A DNA stretch of 64,000 nt from the human T2T-CHM13v2.0 reference genome, Homo sapiens (GCF_009914755.1 NC_060940.1), one strand, 5' to 3'; positions 14,438 through 28,160 are shown, numbered from the stretch's first letter. A program made the numbers and translations. The notes: generated by a model from the letters alone, not told the origin.

Positions 14438-14504
14438 ACAAACTAAAAAATTACACGATGTTCCTTCAGGATCCATGCAAGGACCCAACTAACTCTCAAA
14501 AACA

Positions 14505-14656
14505 TTCTCCGTGCTGGCTAAAATGCTGATTCCAGGGCCTCATCCTCAGAGATTTGAATTCAACAGGTCTAGAGTGGGGCCTGGAAATATGCATTTTAAC
14601 AGACTCCAAGACGACTTTGATGCTGCAGGTCCTCTGACTGTACTTTGAGAACCACG
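14505..14656. mobile_element. MER5A/B-like hAT-Charlie MITE fragment
   Basis: 'aaaatgctgattccagggcc...ggggcctggaaatatgcattttaacag...tgatgctgcaggtcc...actttgagaaccac'. Confidence 0.8.
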
Positions 14657-15053
14657 TTCCCTGGCAGTTTGGGGCCAGGAAAGGAGCATGTGGGGTCTGA
14701 AGACCTGGTTGCTGGTCTTGCTGTGTCTGTGACCTTGGGCAAGGCCATTTGCTCTCTGAGCCTCTCTGTTCTCATCCATAAGACCAGTGGGTTGGACTAG
14801 AGATGGGGCAAATTGTGGAGTCTTGGGAATGACACATCTCTTTGGCCTCAGCATCCTCAACTGTAAAATAAAAGGGGTGGGCAAATGGTTAAAAAGAAGA
14901 AGACAGACAACACCAAATTCCGGACAGGCTGTGGAGCAACTCAAGCCCTCATGCGATTTGATGGGATGAAATTTGTTGCAACCACTTCGGAAGACTCTGT
15001 GGCAATGTCCACTATATCCATCCCCCATGACGCAAAGACTCCTCTGCTGGGTA

Positions 15054-15690
<637 letters not shown>

Positions 15691-16546
15691 TATGTATGCA
15701 AGAGAAATGTAAACATCTGTTTACCTAAAGACATAGAGAAGAAACGTCGTAGCGACATGGTTCAGTTTAGACAGCAGTGAGGTCGGGAAACTATTGCCAC
15801 AGGCTACAGCCAGCACAGCTTTAGCAACATGATGTTGAGCAAATAGTCTAGATTCTGCAGAGCTGGTCCAGGGCCCCCCAAGTGCAGACCTGCCCCCTTT
15901 CCCCCTCTGAAGTTTTATGATTGCAAATCAGATATCATTTTCTCATCAACATATATTATGATTCCAGAATGTATTTCCACCCCCCTCAAATTGTGTGACT
16001 CTGTTTATAATAAGTTCAACAGCAGGTGAAAGCAATCTGTGCTGTTAGAAGTCAGGAGAGTGGCTACCCTTCTGGAGGAGAGGGAGAGGTGGCGGGGAGG
16101 GTGGTGATCACAAGGGCTTCTGGATACTCCTGGAGGGGCTGACTGATGTCCTGTTCCTTTTTTCTAGGTGCTAGTTACACGGGTGTGTTCAGTTTGTGAA
16201 ATTCCTCAAGCAGTATGCCAAGGATTTGTGCACTTTATATATGTCACATTTCCATAAAACATTTACATCTTAAAAAAAGGAGGGTGGGATAAGGGGCTGT
16301 CTTGGGGTCATTCTGGCCCTGCTGTGCCTCGGCTCTCTCAGTCTAGCCCTGCTTCCTTTTTTTTTTTTTTTTCTTTTTTTTTCAGCTGTGCTCAGCGCCC
16401 AGGGAAAGATCCCAGTGGTGGGTGGGGTGGGCTCCTTGCTTGGGGTTTGGCAGGGTTTTCTGAGGTCACGCCAAGAGGCTGCTGTGGAGGGAGAGATGCG
16501 TAAGGACTGAATTTCCTTGCAGGGTCTGACTCTGGGCTGCAAAGTG

Positions 16547-16560
16547 GTTTCCTGGGCAAC
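16547..16560. promoter_or_regulatory. RFX X-box-like motif
   Basis: GTTTCCTGGGCAAC matches GTTNCCNNGGNAAC. Confidence 0.4.
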
Positions 16561-16863
16561 CAGTTGTTGTGAGAAAAACAGAACAGTGAGAGAACATGGC
16601 AGGGTCAGATGAGGAAAGATACTCTGGGGAACTCACGCACGCAGAGGAATAAGAGGAAGCAGTAAGAGTTGGGGCTGGGTCAGGGTCCTCAAAGCGCAGA
16701 CCTGCCCCTCTTCCCACTTTTGGAGTGTTATGTTTGCAGATAAGATCTCATTTTCTCATAGACATATATTATGATTCCAGAATGTCTTTCCATCCCCCTC
16801 AAATTGTGGGGTCTGTGAAATATGGCTGTGAAATTCGATCCCCAGGTTGGGGGTCAAATACGG

Positions 16864-17219
16864 TGTCTTGTCCGTTTGGGTGGCTATAACAAATTACCAT
16901 AAACAGAGTGGCTTATAAACAACAGAAAGTGATAAGTCACTTCTGGAGGCTGGAAGTCTGAGACTAAGGTGCCAGCAGGTTTAGGGTCTGTGATGGCTGC
17001 TTCCTGCTACATGGATGGCGCCTTGTGCTGTGTCTTTGCGTGGTGGAAGGGGCGAGGCAGCTCTCCAGCGTTTCTTTCATGAGGGCACTAATCCCATCAT
17101 GAGGGCTCTGCCCTCCTGACCTTATCACCTCTCAAAGGCCCCACTTCCTAATGCCATCAGCTCGGGGATTACAGTTTAAACATGTGAATTTTGGGGGAGC
17201 ACACATTCAGAAAATGTCA
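16864..17219 (-). mobile_element. MaLR solo LTR, MLT1A/A0-like
   Basis: 'gctataacaaattaccata...tggcttataaacaacagaaa...gagggcactaatccc...aaggccccacttcctaat'. Confidence 0.88.
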
Positions 17220-17682
17220 TATGAGCACATTGAAAATTTAAAAAAACAATCACTTACATCCCAGTTGTCTTTATTTGTAGAAAGTCCAGTATTGCATCTT
17301 GAAGATCCTCACCTTCCCTATTGTCCGTGAAGTCTGGGGGCATTCTGGGTCCATGGGGGAGGTCAGCAACCTTCAAACTGCAGGTGGAGGGAGGGTCCTA
17401 AAATGGTTGAGCCTCTCGCTGGAGCTGCTGCGCCAGTGGTGACCACACTGTGTCGCTGTTGAACACTGGGTTTGCATAGCCTGAGGAACGCTGGCTTTCC
17501 ACTGAAGTGGGGCCCCCAGGACAGCGCCTTCCAGGCACACCCAGGTGCTCAGCTTCCGTTCTCCCAAATAAAGCATCAGGCAATAAAACACCAAGGTCGC
17601 TGGGGCCAGAGGTACTTCCAGTCTCCCTAGAGATGGGACAAAACCTCCCCAACATCGCACAGCCGAAAGACCAGGCTCCTGA

Positions 17683-17824
17683 ACACATGCACACACACAC
17701 ACGTGTGTGTCCTGATGTGTACACACGTATGCACACACATGCACACACATGTACACATGCACACACGCATGCACACATGCACACACATAATGCACACACA
17801 AACTCCCTTTCTCTCTCTCTCTCT
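17683..17824. repeat. Degenerate (CA)n/(CATG) plus (CT)n microsatellite
   Basis: Directly visible. Confidence 0.9.
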
Positions 17825-17959
17825 GCATTACGTAGTTTGGAGCTGTGAAGCTGAAAGCTATTCTAAGATACTTTAGGGCTGACTTTGCTCCAGCTAAAGA
17901 TCCCACAAAGATCCCCTGTGGAAGCTCACATGGGGTCTACACGGGGTAGGATATAAGTT

Positions 17960-18570
17960 TGGGCTGCAGAGTTAGATATTTTTGTATTCAAGTCTTGGTT
18001 CTGCCAAATGCAACCTGTGGGTTTTGGGCAAGTAGTTTCGTCTCTCAGAACCTTATAAAATGGATAATAGAGTAGTACCCCTCCGATAGGGCTGTTGTCA
18101 GGGACAAGGAACTAATACCCATGAAGCACTGCTTAAAGGTTTCTCCTCCAAGGGCTTTGGCTCTTGGGGACTCTTTTGCCTCTGTGCCTGGCTGCAGGCT
18201 CTCCCTAAGGACTGAGTTCTGGGGTTGTCTTGCCTTCTGCCCACCCTGGAATCAGCCATTTCTTCAAGGAGCTTGGGCTCTGGCGTTCCTATGCCCCAAA
18301 CTCCCTGGATACTTGTAATGTGAAACCAGGTTGAGGACTGCACAGCATCTTTGTTCTTTCTAGTATTTGAAGAACCACCTGGTGTGAGTGTTCACTGTGT
18401 GCTGGGGGTATCATCTGATTTGATCCTCACAAACCACCGCACAAGGGAAAATTGTTAACCAGTTTTGCACATAAAAAAACAAAGGCTGCCCGAATTAGGC
18501 AATGTGTCCAGGGTCACACACAGAGTGTGGACAGAGCAGGATTTGAACCCAGGCCCCTTTTTCTCTAGAG
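17960..18570. mobile_element. Two MIR fragments in opposite orientations
   Basis: 'tgggcaagtagtttcgtctctcagaac' and 'tgtccagggtcacacacagagtgtggacagagcaggatttgaacccagg'. Confidence 0.65.
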
Positions 18571-19147
18571 CCCTTTGCTTCCTCTCTGCCTCTACTTCTC
18601 AGCCTTCCAGCCCGGGAGCTATGAAAATCAGCCTTCCCTACAGGCTCAAGCCTGCACTCCTCCCATCCCACTTAATATGTTCTCCCACACGGTTTTATGT
18701 TGCAATTTTCATTCATTCATTCATTCATTTTGCAGGTCGTTTTGCATGTAAAGCCAGGCTGATCCAGAGCAGGCAGGTGGCATGCAAGGCTGAGGGACTG
18801 GCAGGCTGGCAGCATTGCCCAGAGGAGCTCAGTCTGGGAGCACAGAGACAGCGCATCTCTGGGACCAGACTCTGCAGGCACAGAGTGAGGACCAGCAGCT
18901 CTCCTCTGGCTGCAGCCCTTGTATATAAGGCTGCAAAGCTGCAATCATCTCGAGGAACTCTGTGCAGCAGCAGGAGCTTATCCCAGAGGGAAACACCTGG
19001 AGGAGCCCGGGAGTCAGGCATCATGGGCCGCGGGTCTCAGACTCTGTCCAAGAAGCAGTCAGGGGAAGATGCCATCTTTCCTCAGACCATCACCCCTACG
19101 CTGGGCCTGGCTGCATGGAGCGTCTGTGACTACTTGATTAGGTTTAG

Positions 19148-19603
<456 letters not shown>

Positions 19604-20132
19604 GTTTGCGTGTCTTTCTTTCCAGATTCCACTTGCTGCCCATGTGCTGTCAGGTGATTCTCAGTTGACATCTTATCACCGCCATGTCCTAATAATAATA
19701 ATAATAAAATACGACTTGGAGCACATGCTGGGACCTGCTATAACCTGCACGCCATGAGCTCCTTCAGTTCTATGATGACGCTTTGAAGGGGGAAATTTCA
19801 CCCCTCCCTGTTTGACAGATGAAGTCACTGGGGCAAAGCCACGCAGCTAGAGCCAAGCTTTGAGGCCAGGCAGCTTTGCACAAAGGCGACTGCACAGACC
19901 ACCTGTTCTTACTCCTCCTACAGCAGTGACTGAGTTCCTTCCAGCTGAAGGTTCTGTCTGGAGCTCCCAGGACTCTGCGATGGTGAAAACTGCATCCCTG
20001 AGAGTCTGTTAATTCCTTCAGGGACCCTCCAAGACTGGGGCTTGACTCAGCTTCCAGCGTAGCCAGGCCTTTCTGGAGTCTTCCAACCCCTGGTATCAGC
20101 TCTTTCTCGTGGGAGGCTAAGAGTCCAGAGGA

Positions 20133-20276
20133 TCCAAGTGACCCTGGTCCTTGTCTCTGTCCACCAAAGGCTCCTGAAATAAAACAGAGTTGGTAGATCT
20201 GTTTCCAAGTGACAACACCCCTTGTCTGTCCCCACCAGAGGCTCTTGAAATAAAACCCTGAGTTGGTAGGTCTGTT
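20133..20276. repeat. Two-copy diverged tandem duplication (~71 bp)
   Basis: tccaagtgac...ccttgtct...ccacca.aggctc.tgaaataaaac..gagttggtag.tctgtt occurs twice. Confidence 0.9.
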
Positions 20277-21224
20277 GCTTGCTGCTGAAATGCAAGCTCA
20301 GGGCTCCCTGGGTTTTGAACACCATTTGGGGCTCTGAGTACCTGTGGGGGAAGGGAAGCCTTCACTATCAGCATGGCCTCTTCACCCCGCCTGCCCGTCT
20401 GCTGACACCTCTGCGGGTGTCTCCTCCTTCTCTGCAGAGGGAGAGATAAGCATCTTTCTAAAGGAGGCAACTGGTCACCTTCTGGCACAAATTAAACCGC
20501 AGAGGCTCCTGAGGACATGCCGGGAGTCACTCTGAGCTCCTTGTAACCGTGAGGGGCTGGCTGGCTGCTGGGGCTCTGGGTCCCCCAGACCCATCCATCA
20601 GCTGGGCGGCTTTGATTCTGATAGTGGTTTGATCTGCAGTGACAGGAGTGGGGGAGGAGGTTTATGGCCCCCACTTCCCCCAGGCCTTGGAGCTCAGTGG
20701 CTCCAGAGGGGACCTTGTCCAGCCAGGTGGTGGCCTGCATCTGGTCTAACAGGCTGCTGGCCTGGAGAATTGACAAGAAACTAGCTACAAACAGCTCCAT
20801 GTGGGGCTGCAGATCTACGTTTTGAATACTTGTCTCATTTATTACAATAACTTGAGGGTAGGTATTAGTGCATCACTTTTCACATGAGGAAACAGGCTCA
20901 GATAGGGTAAGTTGTCTAAGGCTGCCCAGCTAGGAAGCAGAGCTGGGTTTTAGACAGGTCTATCTGACACTATAGCTCAGTGTCTTCTGATTTTCCCCAA
21001 AGTTTCCCAAATGGAGGGGCGGGTGGGGCTGACTCTGGGCCCTAAAAAGTCCTGACACCATGGGAGAGAAAAGGCTGTGCTGAGACCTTCTGTTCACATG
21101 AAGGAGAAAGTCTCAGGGTGGTTCCAATAGGTCTTTAACCCTCAGTAGCATTTGCTCATCTCTCTTGGGATTTTATTGTTATTGTTGTTTGTTTTGGATA
21201 CAAATTTGTTTGTTTTAATTTTTT

Positions 21225-21470
21225 CATATATTAACTTCTTTTTGAAATAATTTCAAGCTTACAGAAGAGTTGCCAGTGTGCAACAACTGAACCTTAGAGT
21301 GTAACTTGCCGACCTGATGTGCCTTCACCCCTGGATGCTTGGTGTAAGCCTCCTACACACCAGGACTTTTCCCTGCAGAGCTATAAAAGCGTCATCAAAA
21401 TCAGCAGCTACACTGGCACATTGTTGCCATGCAACCCTCAGACCATGCTCAACTTTCCCCAGTTGTTTGA
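21225..21470 (-). mobile_element. L1MC-type 3' end fragment
   Basis: 'tttgaaataatttcaagcttacagaagagttgc', 'catcaaaatcag'. Confidence 0.65.
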
Positions 21471-21599
21471 AAAAGACTCAGAGCCTTAGACAGCCCTCAG
21501 TTTCAAGCTAGGATTTAATAACGTTGTCTTCTTTCGTTTTAACTCGTTTGGATGATTGATTACTTTCTGTTTATTGCTGGCAGCATCAGCTTCCTTTTA

Positions 21600-22480
21600 A
21601 GGTTGTGATATAAATTCCATTATATCTAATATTTTAAAATTTGTTGAGGTTTGTTTTATGACCAGGGTATGGTCTATCTTGGTGAAGGTTCCATGGAGCC
21701 TTAAAAAGAGTGTGCATTCTGCTGTTGTTCATTAGAATGTTTTATAAATGTCCATTAGATCCTGTTGGTTGATGGTGCTGTTCGGCTCTTCTATATCCTT
21801 GCTGATTTTCTGTCCAGTAGTTTCATCAGTTGCTGGGAGAAGGGCGTTGATGTCTTGAACTATAATTGTGAATTTGTCTGTTTCTTCTTTCAGTTCTATC
21901 AGTTTTTGCTTCACATATTTTGAAACTCTACTGTTTGGTGCATACATATTCGAGATTGCTATGTCTTCTTGGTAGATTGACTCTTTTATCATTGTACAAT
22001 GTCCCTTTTGGTCCCTGATAATTTTCTTTGCTCTAAAGTCCACTTTATTTGATATTAATATAGACAGGCCTCCTTTGTATGGATTAATGTGCTTGAAATA
22101 TATATATATATATATATATGCATACATACACATACATATATATATATTTAAAACTTTGTCTACCTATGTAACTATATTTGAAGTGAGTTTCTTTTAGACA
22201 GTGTATAGTTAGGTCATTAAAAAAAATCATTCTGCCAACCTCTGTCTTTTAATTGGTGTATCTAGGCCATTTACATTTAATGTAATTTTTGACAGAGTAG
22301 GACTTAAATCTCCCATTTTATTGATTCTGTTTTTTCCTTCTGTGCATCATTCCTCTATTTCCATTTTCCTATCTTTCTATGGGTTACTTGAACATTTTTA
22401 AAAAGAATTCCATTTATATATTTGAGTATATTTCTTTGAATGGTTTTTTAATGGTATTACATTATACATACATATCACAG
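21600..22480 (-). mobile_element. Old L1 ORF2 5' region (endonuclease remnant) with (TA)n at ~22098-22148
   Basis: ORF 21732-22133(-) reads ILISNKVDF..RDQKGH..IKESI.QEDI....YAPN...TIIV.DIN...DLMDIYKTF, typical of L1 ORF2p endonuclease. Confidence 0.92.
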
Positions 22481-22549
22481 TCATGAAGTTTTCCTTAAAG
22501 TTAATTTAAGTAAAAAAGTGAGCTGATCGAATAAGATATTGAGTAAATA

Positions 22550-22790
22550 GCAGTTAACACTCACAGAGTGGTTACTCTCTGTTAGGCATTTTCCTAATTG
22601 CTTTACAAGTATTAACTCATTTAATTCTCAGATAACGTCATGATGTAGATTATGATTCCTGTTTCCTAGTTAAGGAAACAAAGGGACAGAGAGGTTAAAT
22701 CACTTGCCAAAAGCCACACAGCCAGTAAGTGGCAGAGTGGGGATTGGGACCCAGGCTGCCTGGCTCAGACTCCGTGTTCCTGACCATCAT
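22550..22790 (-). mobile_element. MIR, near full length; flanks resemble a split hAT-type MER
   Basis: 'tattaactcatttaattctca...ggaaacaaagggacagagaggttaaatcacttgccaaaagccacacagccagtaagtggcagag'. Confidence 0.85.
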
Positions 22791-23054
22791 GTGATGATAT
22801 GGCAGAAACTGTGAAGGTGGACTGCATGGTCTAAATTTGGGAAACCTTCTACTTGGCCGTATTTGTTTCCAGACCCTCTGCCATGAGATCCTTACTCTCC
22901 TGGTAGAAGAAGAGAGAGAAAGGGTGGCTCTGTAGCTGTTTTGAAAATATCATGAAGGTGCAGCCATAGAGAAGCTTGTAGGGCTCTTGTGTTCCCAAGG
23001 CTGCCGAGCCCAGGTGTTGGGGGCGGGATGGAGGAAAGGGGAGGAGTGGCCTCT

Positions 23055-23068
23055 CTGCCATCTAGTGG
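23055..23068 (-). promoter_or_regulatory. CTCF motif, reverse orientation, consensus match
   Basis: Minus strand CCACTAGATGGCAG, in unique GC-rich sequence. Confidence 0.7.
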
Positions 23069-23973
23069 TGCGCCGCATGCACCCATATGCCACCTGCTCA
23101 TGCTCTTCAAGGTTGCCCAGACCACCCTCTCTCCCTCACTCCCTCCCTTCCTCCCCAGCTCCCACATCTTTCCTTCCATTCTTCCTTCCATTCTTCTTTC
23201 TTTCTTTCTGTCTCTGTCTCTTCCACTTCTCTGCAGGTCTCTTGGCTTATCTCTGTTGGTTTCTGTGAGCATCTCTCTCCTCGTCTCCCTGTCTCCCTGC
23301 TCTGTCTCCCTATCTCTGGTCCACAGCCCCACAGCTCTTCACCCTCCTTAGTTGTCTCTTAGCACAGCCCCGGGGCCAGGGCTGAGGCTTTGCGGCCCTG
23401 CTTTCAAGCAGACAAGATCAGTCCAATGTTCTGACAAGTGGAGACCTGGTTTCTTTGCCAGCTTCGGTTCTTCTTTGCAGGAGGGTCGGGATTTGGGGAA
23501 AGGAAAAAAGCCATATTCTTGAAGAAAGGAGAAGCAGGTTTGGGACCCTCTAAGTTTTGAAAACCCAGACCCTTCCCAGGCAAGCTCATCTCAGGAGGGC
23601 AGAGCCAGTCCCCCTGCACATTCTGAGGTAGGTTGCACCAGGGAGCCCAGGCCAGGCTGGCAGGGGAGTGGCCCTGGATAAGAAGCACACCCTCCAAGTC
23701 AGGAGGCTCCCCACCCCCGGGGGAGGACAGAGGAGGATGTGTGGGCAAGGCCATTGGCTTCCTGCTCTCCACCTCCTTGCAGATGCCCTGAGGGCCCACG
23801 CCTGTCTCCTGGGGAACATGGAGGACTGAGCTGTAGGAGCCAGGAGAGCCAGGTCCCATAGTGGATCAGCTGTGGCCTTCATAGAGGACTGCCCTGGAAA
23901 TGTCCATGGGACAGGCCCCTGGGAGTGGGAAGACGAATTAGTGGGGGTAGGCAGAGACAGAGAAGGGGCGGGG

Positions 23974-24028
23974 GGAGAGAGAGAGAGGAGACAGAGAGAG
24001 AGAGGGAGAGAGAGAGAGAGAGAGAGAG
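23974..24028. repeat. (GA)n microsatellite
   Basis: Directly visible. Confidence 0.9.
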
Positions 24029-24319
24029 CTCCAATTACAGAGATCCAAAGAAACCAAGGAGCCCAGACACCATGAGAGAGAGACATTGAGAGCAGTGGGG
24101 GAGGCAGGCAGAGGGAGACAGGGCGGTGGCAGCCAGCCTCGCTGCACGTGCCAGGTAGTGGGGCATCCCTGGATGAGGGGGCGGGACTGTGGCCTGGGGG
24201 TTAAGCATGCGCGTGGGCTAGGTGGAGCTGCTACCTCCACTGACCCTTCCTAGAGGCCCATCCTGCCCTGCCTGGGGCACCAGCGGGACCTGGGAGCTGG
24301 GTTGTGGGTACACCAGGAA

Positions 24320-24330
24320 GTGTGAGTGTG

Positions 24331-24362
<32 letters not shown>
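24320..24362. repeat. (TG)n microsatellite
   Basis: Directly visible. Confidence 0.95.
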
Positions 24363-24365
<3 letters not shown>

Positions 24366-25537
24366 GCCTGCCTAGGGGAGTGTGTATCCCAGTCCACTTT
24401 CCTGGAGGAGCCTGGTTCTTCATGCTGGGGGCCTCCCCCTGGGGTCCTCCATCCTGGGGCCTCCCCGGGGGTCCCACACCAGCAGGTTGCTGGGTGGGCA
24501 GCAGAGCTCTGTAAGTGAGCCCCACCTCCACTGGGGGTTCGGGGCTGGGGCTCTGTGGCAGCTGCCTGAGGCCTTTGGCTCCAACTAAGCAGCCTGCTCC
24601 TTCCCACACGGGCTCTGGGCTGTACCTGTGAGCCATCCTTCACACCCTCTCACTTCCCGCCTCCTTAGCTTTGGCGAGGACTTTGTACAAAGGAATTTGA
24701 TCTCAGCCCTTGTGATGTGCGCTACAGTGGAAGTGAGAGCGGAGCCTGGGCCGCTGTTGGGGCTGGTACCCCGGCTCTGCCGTTTGCCCTGGGACCACCC
24801 TGCTGGGCCTCAGTTTTCTTATCTGTAAAGTGGAGATATGAATAGCACCTACCTCTCAGGGTTCATAGCACAGTCCTAGCTCCTGACTGGAGCCTGCAAA
24901 CATCAGCCATTTGTATGGTTTGAAAATGTGCCCCTGTGTACTTGCAACCCCCACTCCCCCGCGAAGCCCCCAGGCCCCTTGGTGACGCTGACCAGAGCCT
25001 GCTCCAAGTCTGGACCTGGCATCGTAATGGTCTCCCTTGCATCCCTGCCTCTTCCCTGCTGTTTAACCCAGGCAAGTCCTGAACCCTCCAAGCCTCTGTA
25101 GAAGGCGGCAGAAAAAACCCTTTTCTTCCCCCAGGCAATGCTCTGTGTAAAGACACTCCACACACACACTCAGGAAATGGAAGGTAATGCTGCTGTTAGA
25201 AAGGCAAATTCATCTCACCGCTGGGCCTCTGTATGTGAACAGACTTGGTGCTTTGGAACCAGAAGAAAACTGCTGGGGTCCTGACAGTCCCCTCCCTCCC
25301 CGTACTACAGATGAGCAAGCTGAGACCAGGCGAGGGAAACAGCAGAGGAAAAACCAGAACCTGGCCCAGCCCTGCAGCCTCCTTCTTCACCGAGTGCTGC
25401 GGACTCTGTTTTGCCTCGTTTCACCTGCAAGTCCCCATCATTGAACTTGTATTTATTTTTATGACTCATACAGGGAACTCGGCAAGCGTGATAAAGTGCG
25501 ATGTCGGGCAATAAAATGCCTTGTTCCAAAGCCGGTG

Positions 25538-25992
25538 GCCTGGCAGAGACTGACAGATGTTCCCCAGGGTCTTTCTTAAATAATAGAAATCATAGTTTTT
25601 AGCTGGCCACATAGACATCACTGGAAATAAAGACGACATTTCTGAGCCTCCTTGCAGTTAGATGTAGCAAACTGACAAAATTTTGGCCAGTGGCATGTAA
25701 GGGAAAGTGTCCTTAAAGAGTATGGGGTGCACATGTATGCCATTATCTTCCTCTTCCTAGCTTGCTAGAATGTGAATGTGATGGCTGGAGCTTTAGCAGC
25801 CACATTGGACTATGAGGTAACCTTGGTACTAGAAATCCTTGCCTGGTGGAACAAACAAGATAGAAAGACCCTGGGTCTCCAACCCTTGGCTGCCACTGGG
25901 CTTCTTGAACACACAATAAAACACATTTCTATCTTGTTCAAAAACATTGTTAATCTGAGATGTTTTAGCTGAACTTAACCTAATGAATCGAC
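25538..25992 (+). mobile_element. MaLR solo LTR, MLT1J-like
   Basis: 'catttctgagcctccttgcagttagatgt', 'gaatgtgatggctggagctttagcagccacattggactatgagg'. Confidence 0.75.
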
Positions 25993-26412
25993 AGGGGCGT
26001 ATGAAGTGAGGATGGGAAGGGACTGGTCCATCCTGGCAGGGAGGTGGAGTTTATCACAGATGTGTTTGGATCAGCCAGCATGTTACAGTGTGTTTGGGGG
26101 GATCCATGCTGGGCTTGGCTTTTACATTTATCTCCAACATAATTCTTATCATCACAAACTACAGCTCAAAAACCTTCATAGAGAAGGCCCACACTTCTTG
26201 GCCAGGTGTTGAAGGCCATTCCCACCTTCCTGAGCTTACACCTGCTGTTCACGGTTTGCTTCTGCCCAAGCAGTTTCTGTGACTTGATAAGAAGATTGCA
26301 CCCACTCCTTCTACCTCCAATACTTGGACCCACTATTCCCTGCACCTCTTGTTCAACACCATTTTCATGAAGCAGTAACACCCAAGGTGAATGCCTCTCT
26401 TCTTCTGAGTGT

Positions 26413-26706
26413 CTTTTATTTCTTTATTTTTTTTTAGAGATGGGGTCTTGCAGTGCTGCCCAGGCTGGAGTGCAGTCATATGATTACAGCTCACTGCAGC
26501 CTCAAACTCGCGGGCTCAAGCAACCTTCCTGCCCCCGCCTCCCGAGTAGCTGAGACTACAGGTGCACACCACTATGCCTGGCTAACTTATTTATTTATTT
26601 TTGTAGAGATGGGGTCTTACTATGTTGCCCAGGCTGGTCTCAAACTCCTGGCCTCAGACGATCCTCCCACCTCAGCTTCCCAAAGTTCTGGGATTACACT
26701 GTGGCC
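26413..26706 (-). mobile_element. AluJ
   Basis: 'gctcactgcagcctcaaactc...ggggtcttactatgttgcccagg'. Confidence 0.92.
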
Positions 26707-27769
26707 AACCTTCCTCTGAGTTTCTTTCCCACTGTCCATCCTCCTTGGAGGTGCAGGTATTTGTGCATTTATCCCATCTCCCTCGCCCGAGGCCACGTTC
26801 CTCGAGGGCAGGATGTTCTAGGCCCTCATTTCCCACTCAGGGTTGGACACAGTGTCCAGTGTCTGGGGGGCAGTGGAGGGGAATGAGCTCTGGGCTGGAG
26901 ACCGGTGACCCTGGCCTCGAATCCATCTCCACCTCTTCCCAAATGGGTGAGGAGCAGCACCTGATCCCTTAGTCTCAGCTTTCTCAGATGCAAGAGAGGG
27001 CTGATAACAGGCTCATCCAAGTCCAAAGTCCAAGCCCCACCTCATCACCCAGGAGGCGCTCAACCATCCTAAGCAGGGCCCGACCCCAGGGCTCTGAGGA
27101 TGGCTGAGCTCAGGCTGGAAGTGATCAGCATGCCTGGCTCGCACACCTGGCTAGCGACCCTGCACTAGGAAGTAGGGTGGCTCCTCAGGTGACTGTTATG
27201 ATGAGAAATGCTGGCTGAGCCGAAGTGCATACATTTCCGGGAGAGTGGGAACAAGTTCCCAAGCTCTGGAGGAGGCTACTCTGGAGGCATTCCCTCCTCT
27301 CCCCTCTCTGATCCTCTCGCCTTCCAGGCAGCGCCCCATCGACTTTGTTCTGCATGTGGTTTCTAGGGCGCTTTGGTGGAATTGAAAAAACACGGAAATG
27401 CCAGCTCAGTTCCCAGCAGTGCCTGGCTCTGCACTGAGCTGGTTCCATCTGCTGTGGCCTGAGACCAAAGCAGCCTCGCGCACTTCTGACGTCTGGCAAC
27501 GGGGCCCAGCCGGCAGCGGTGGGGGCGGGCTCTCCTCGCCCCCTGGGAGCTCAGCACGCTCAGGCTCCCTTTGAAGCTACTGGGAACTCAGTGCCCAGGG
27601 CTGCTCTCAGGGATCAGAGACAGGATGAGGCTCCCGGTCCCAAGAGCACACTCCGGGGGTAACGGGGACTTCCTGAGTCCACTCTTGGCCTGGACAGAGG
27701 GGTCAAACCAAGGCCATTCCACAGGTCTGATTAACCATAATTCATTCACTCATTCACCCCCTGGCAAAT

Positions 27770-28160
27770 GTAGCATTTCTTCATTTCTCAGACATGGCTT
27801 TGTCATCTGTAAAGTGGGGGTAATAATAGTACCTATTTCATGGGGTTGCTGTGAGGATTAAGTAAGATATTCACGTAAACTGCCTAGACCCAGCAAATGC
27901 ACATTCTTATAATACAATGTCACAGCTGTGTGTTTGGACTGCAGCCTGGCCCCCTGAGTCCAAACCCAGGCTCCACCACCCACTGGCTCTGTAACCTTGG
28001 CCAAGTCATTTGACCTCTTTGGGCCTCAGTTTTCTCACCTATAAATGGGTATAGCCAGGGTCCCCCACTCCCTAGCGTTTTGAGGTGGCATAAGTTAATA
28101 TTTGCAAAGCACACAGAACACAGCCCGGCACTGAGCAAGCGCTATATCAGTGTTTGTTGA
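27770..28160 (+). mobile_element. Two MIR elements
   Basis: 'tcatctgtaaagtgggggtaataatagtacctatttcatggggttgctgtgaggattaa'; 'ccttggccaagtcatttgacctctttgggcctcagtttt'. Confidence 0.8.

Noticed and set aside
21732-22133. Endonuclease-like ORF as a functional gene
   Set aside because: Fragment of a decayed L1 ORF2; its start lies in a (TA)n repeat and the rest of ORF2 is absent.
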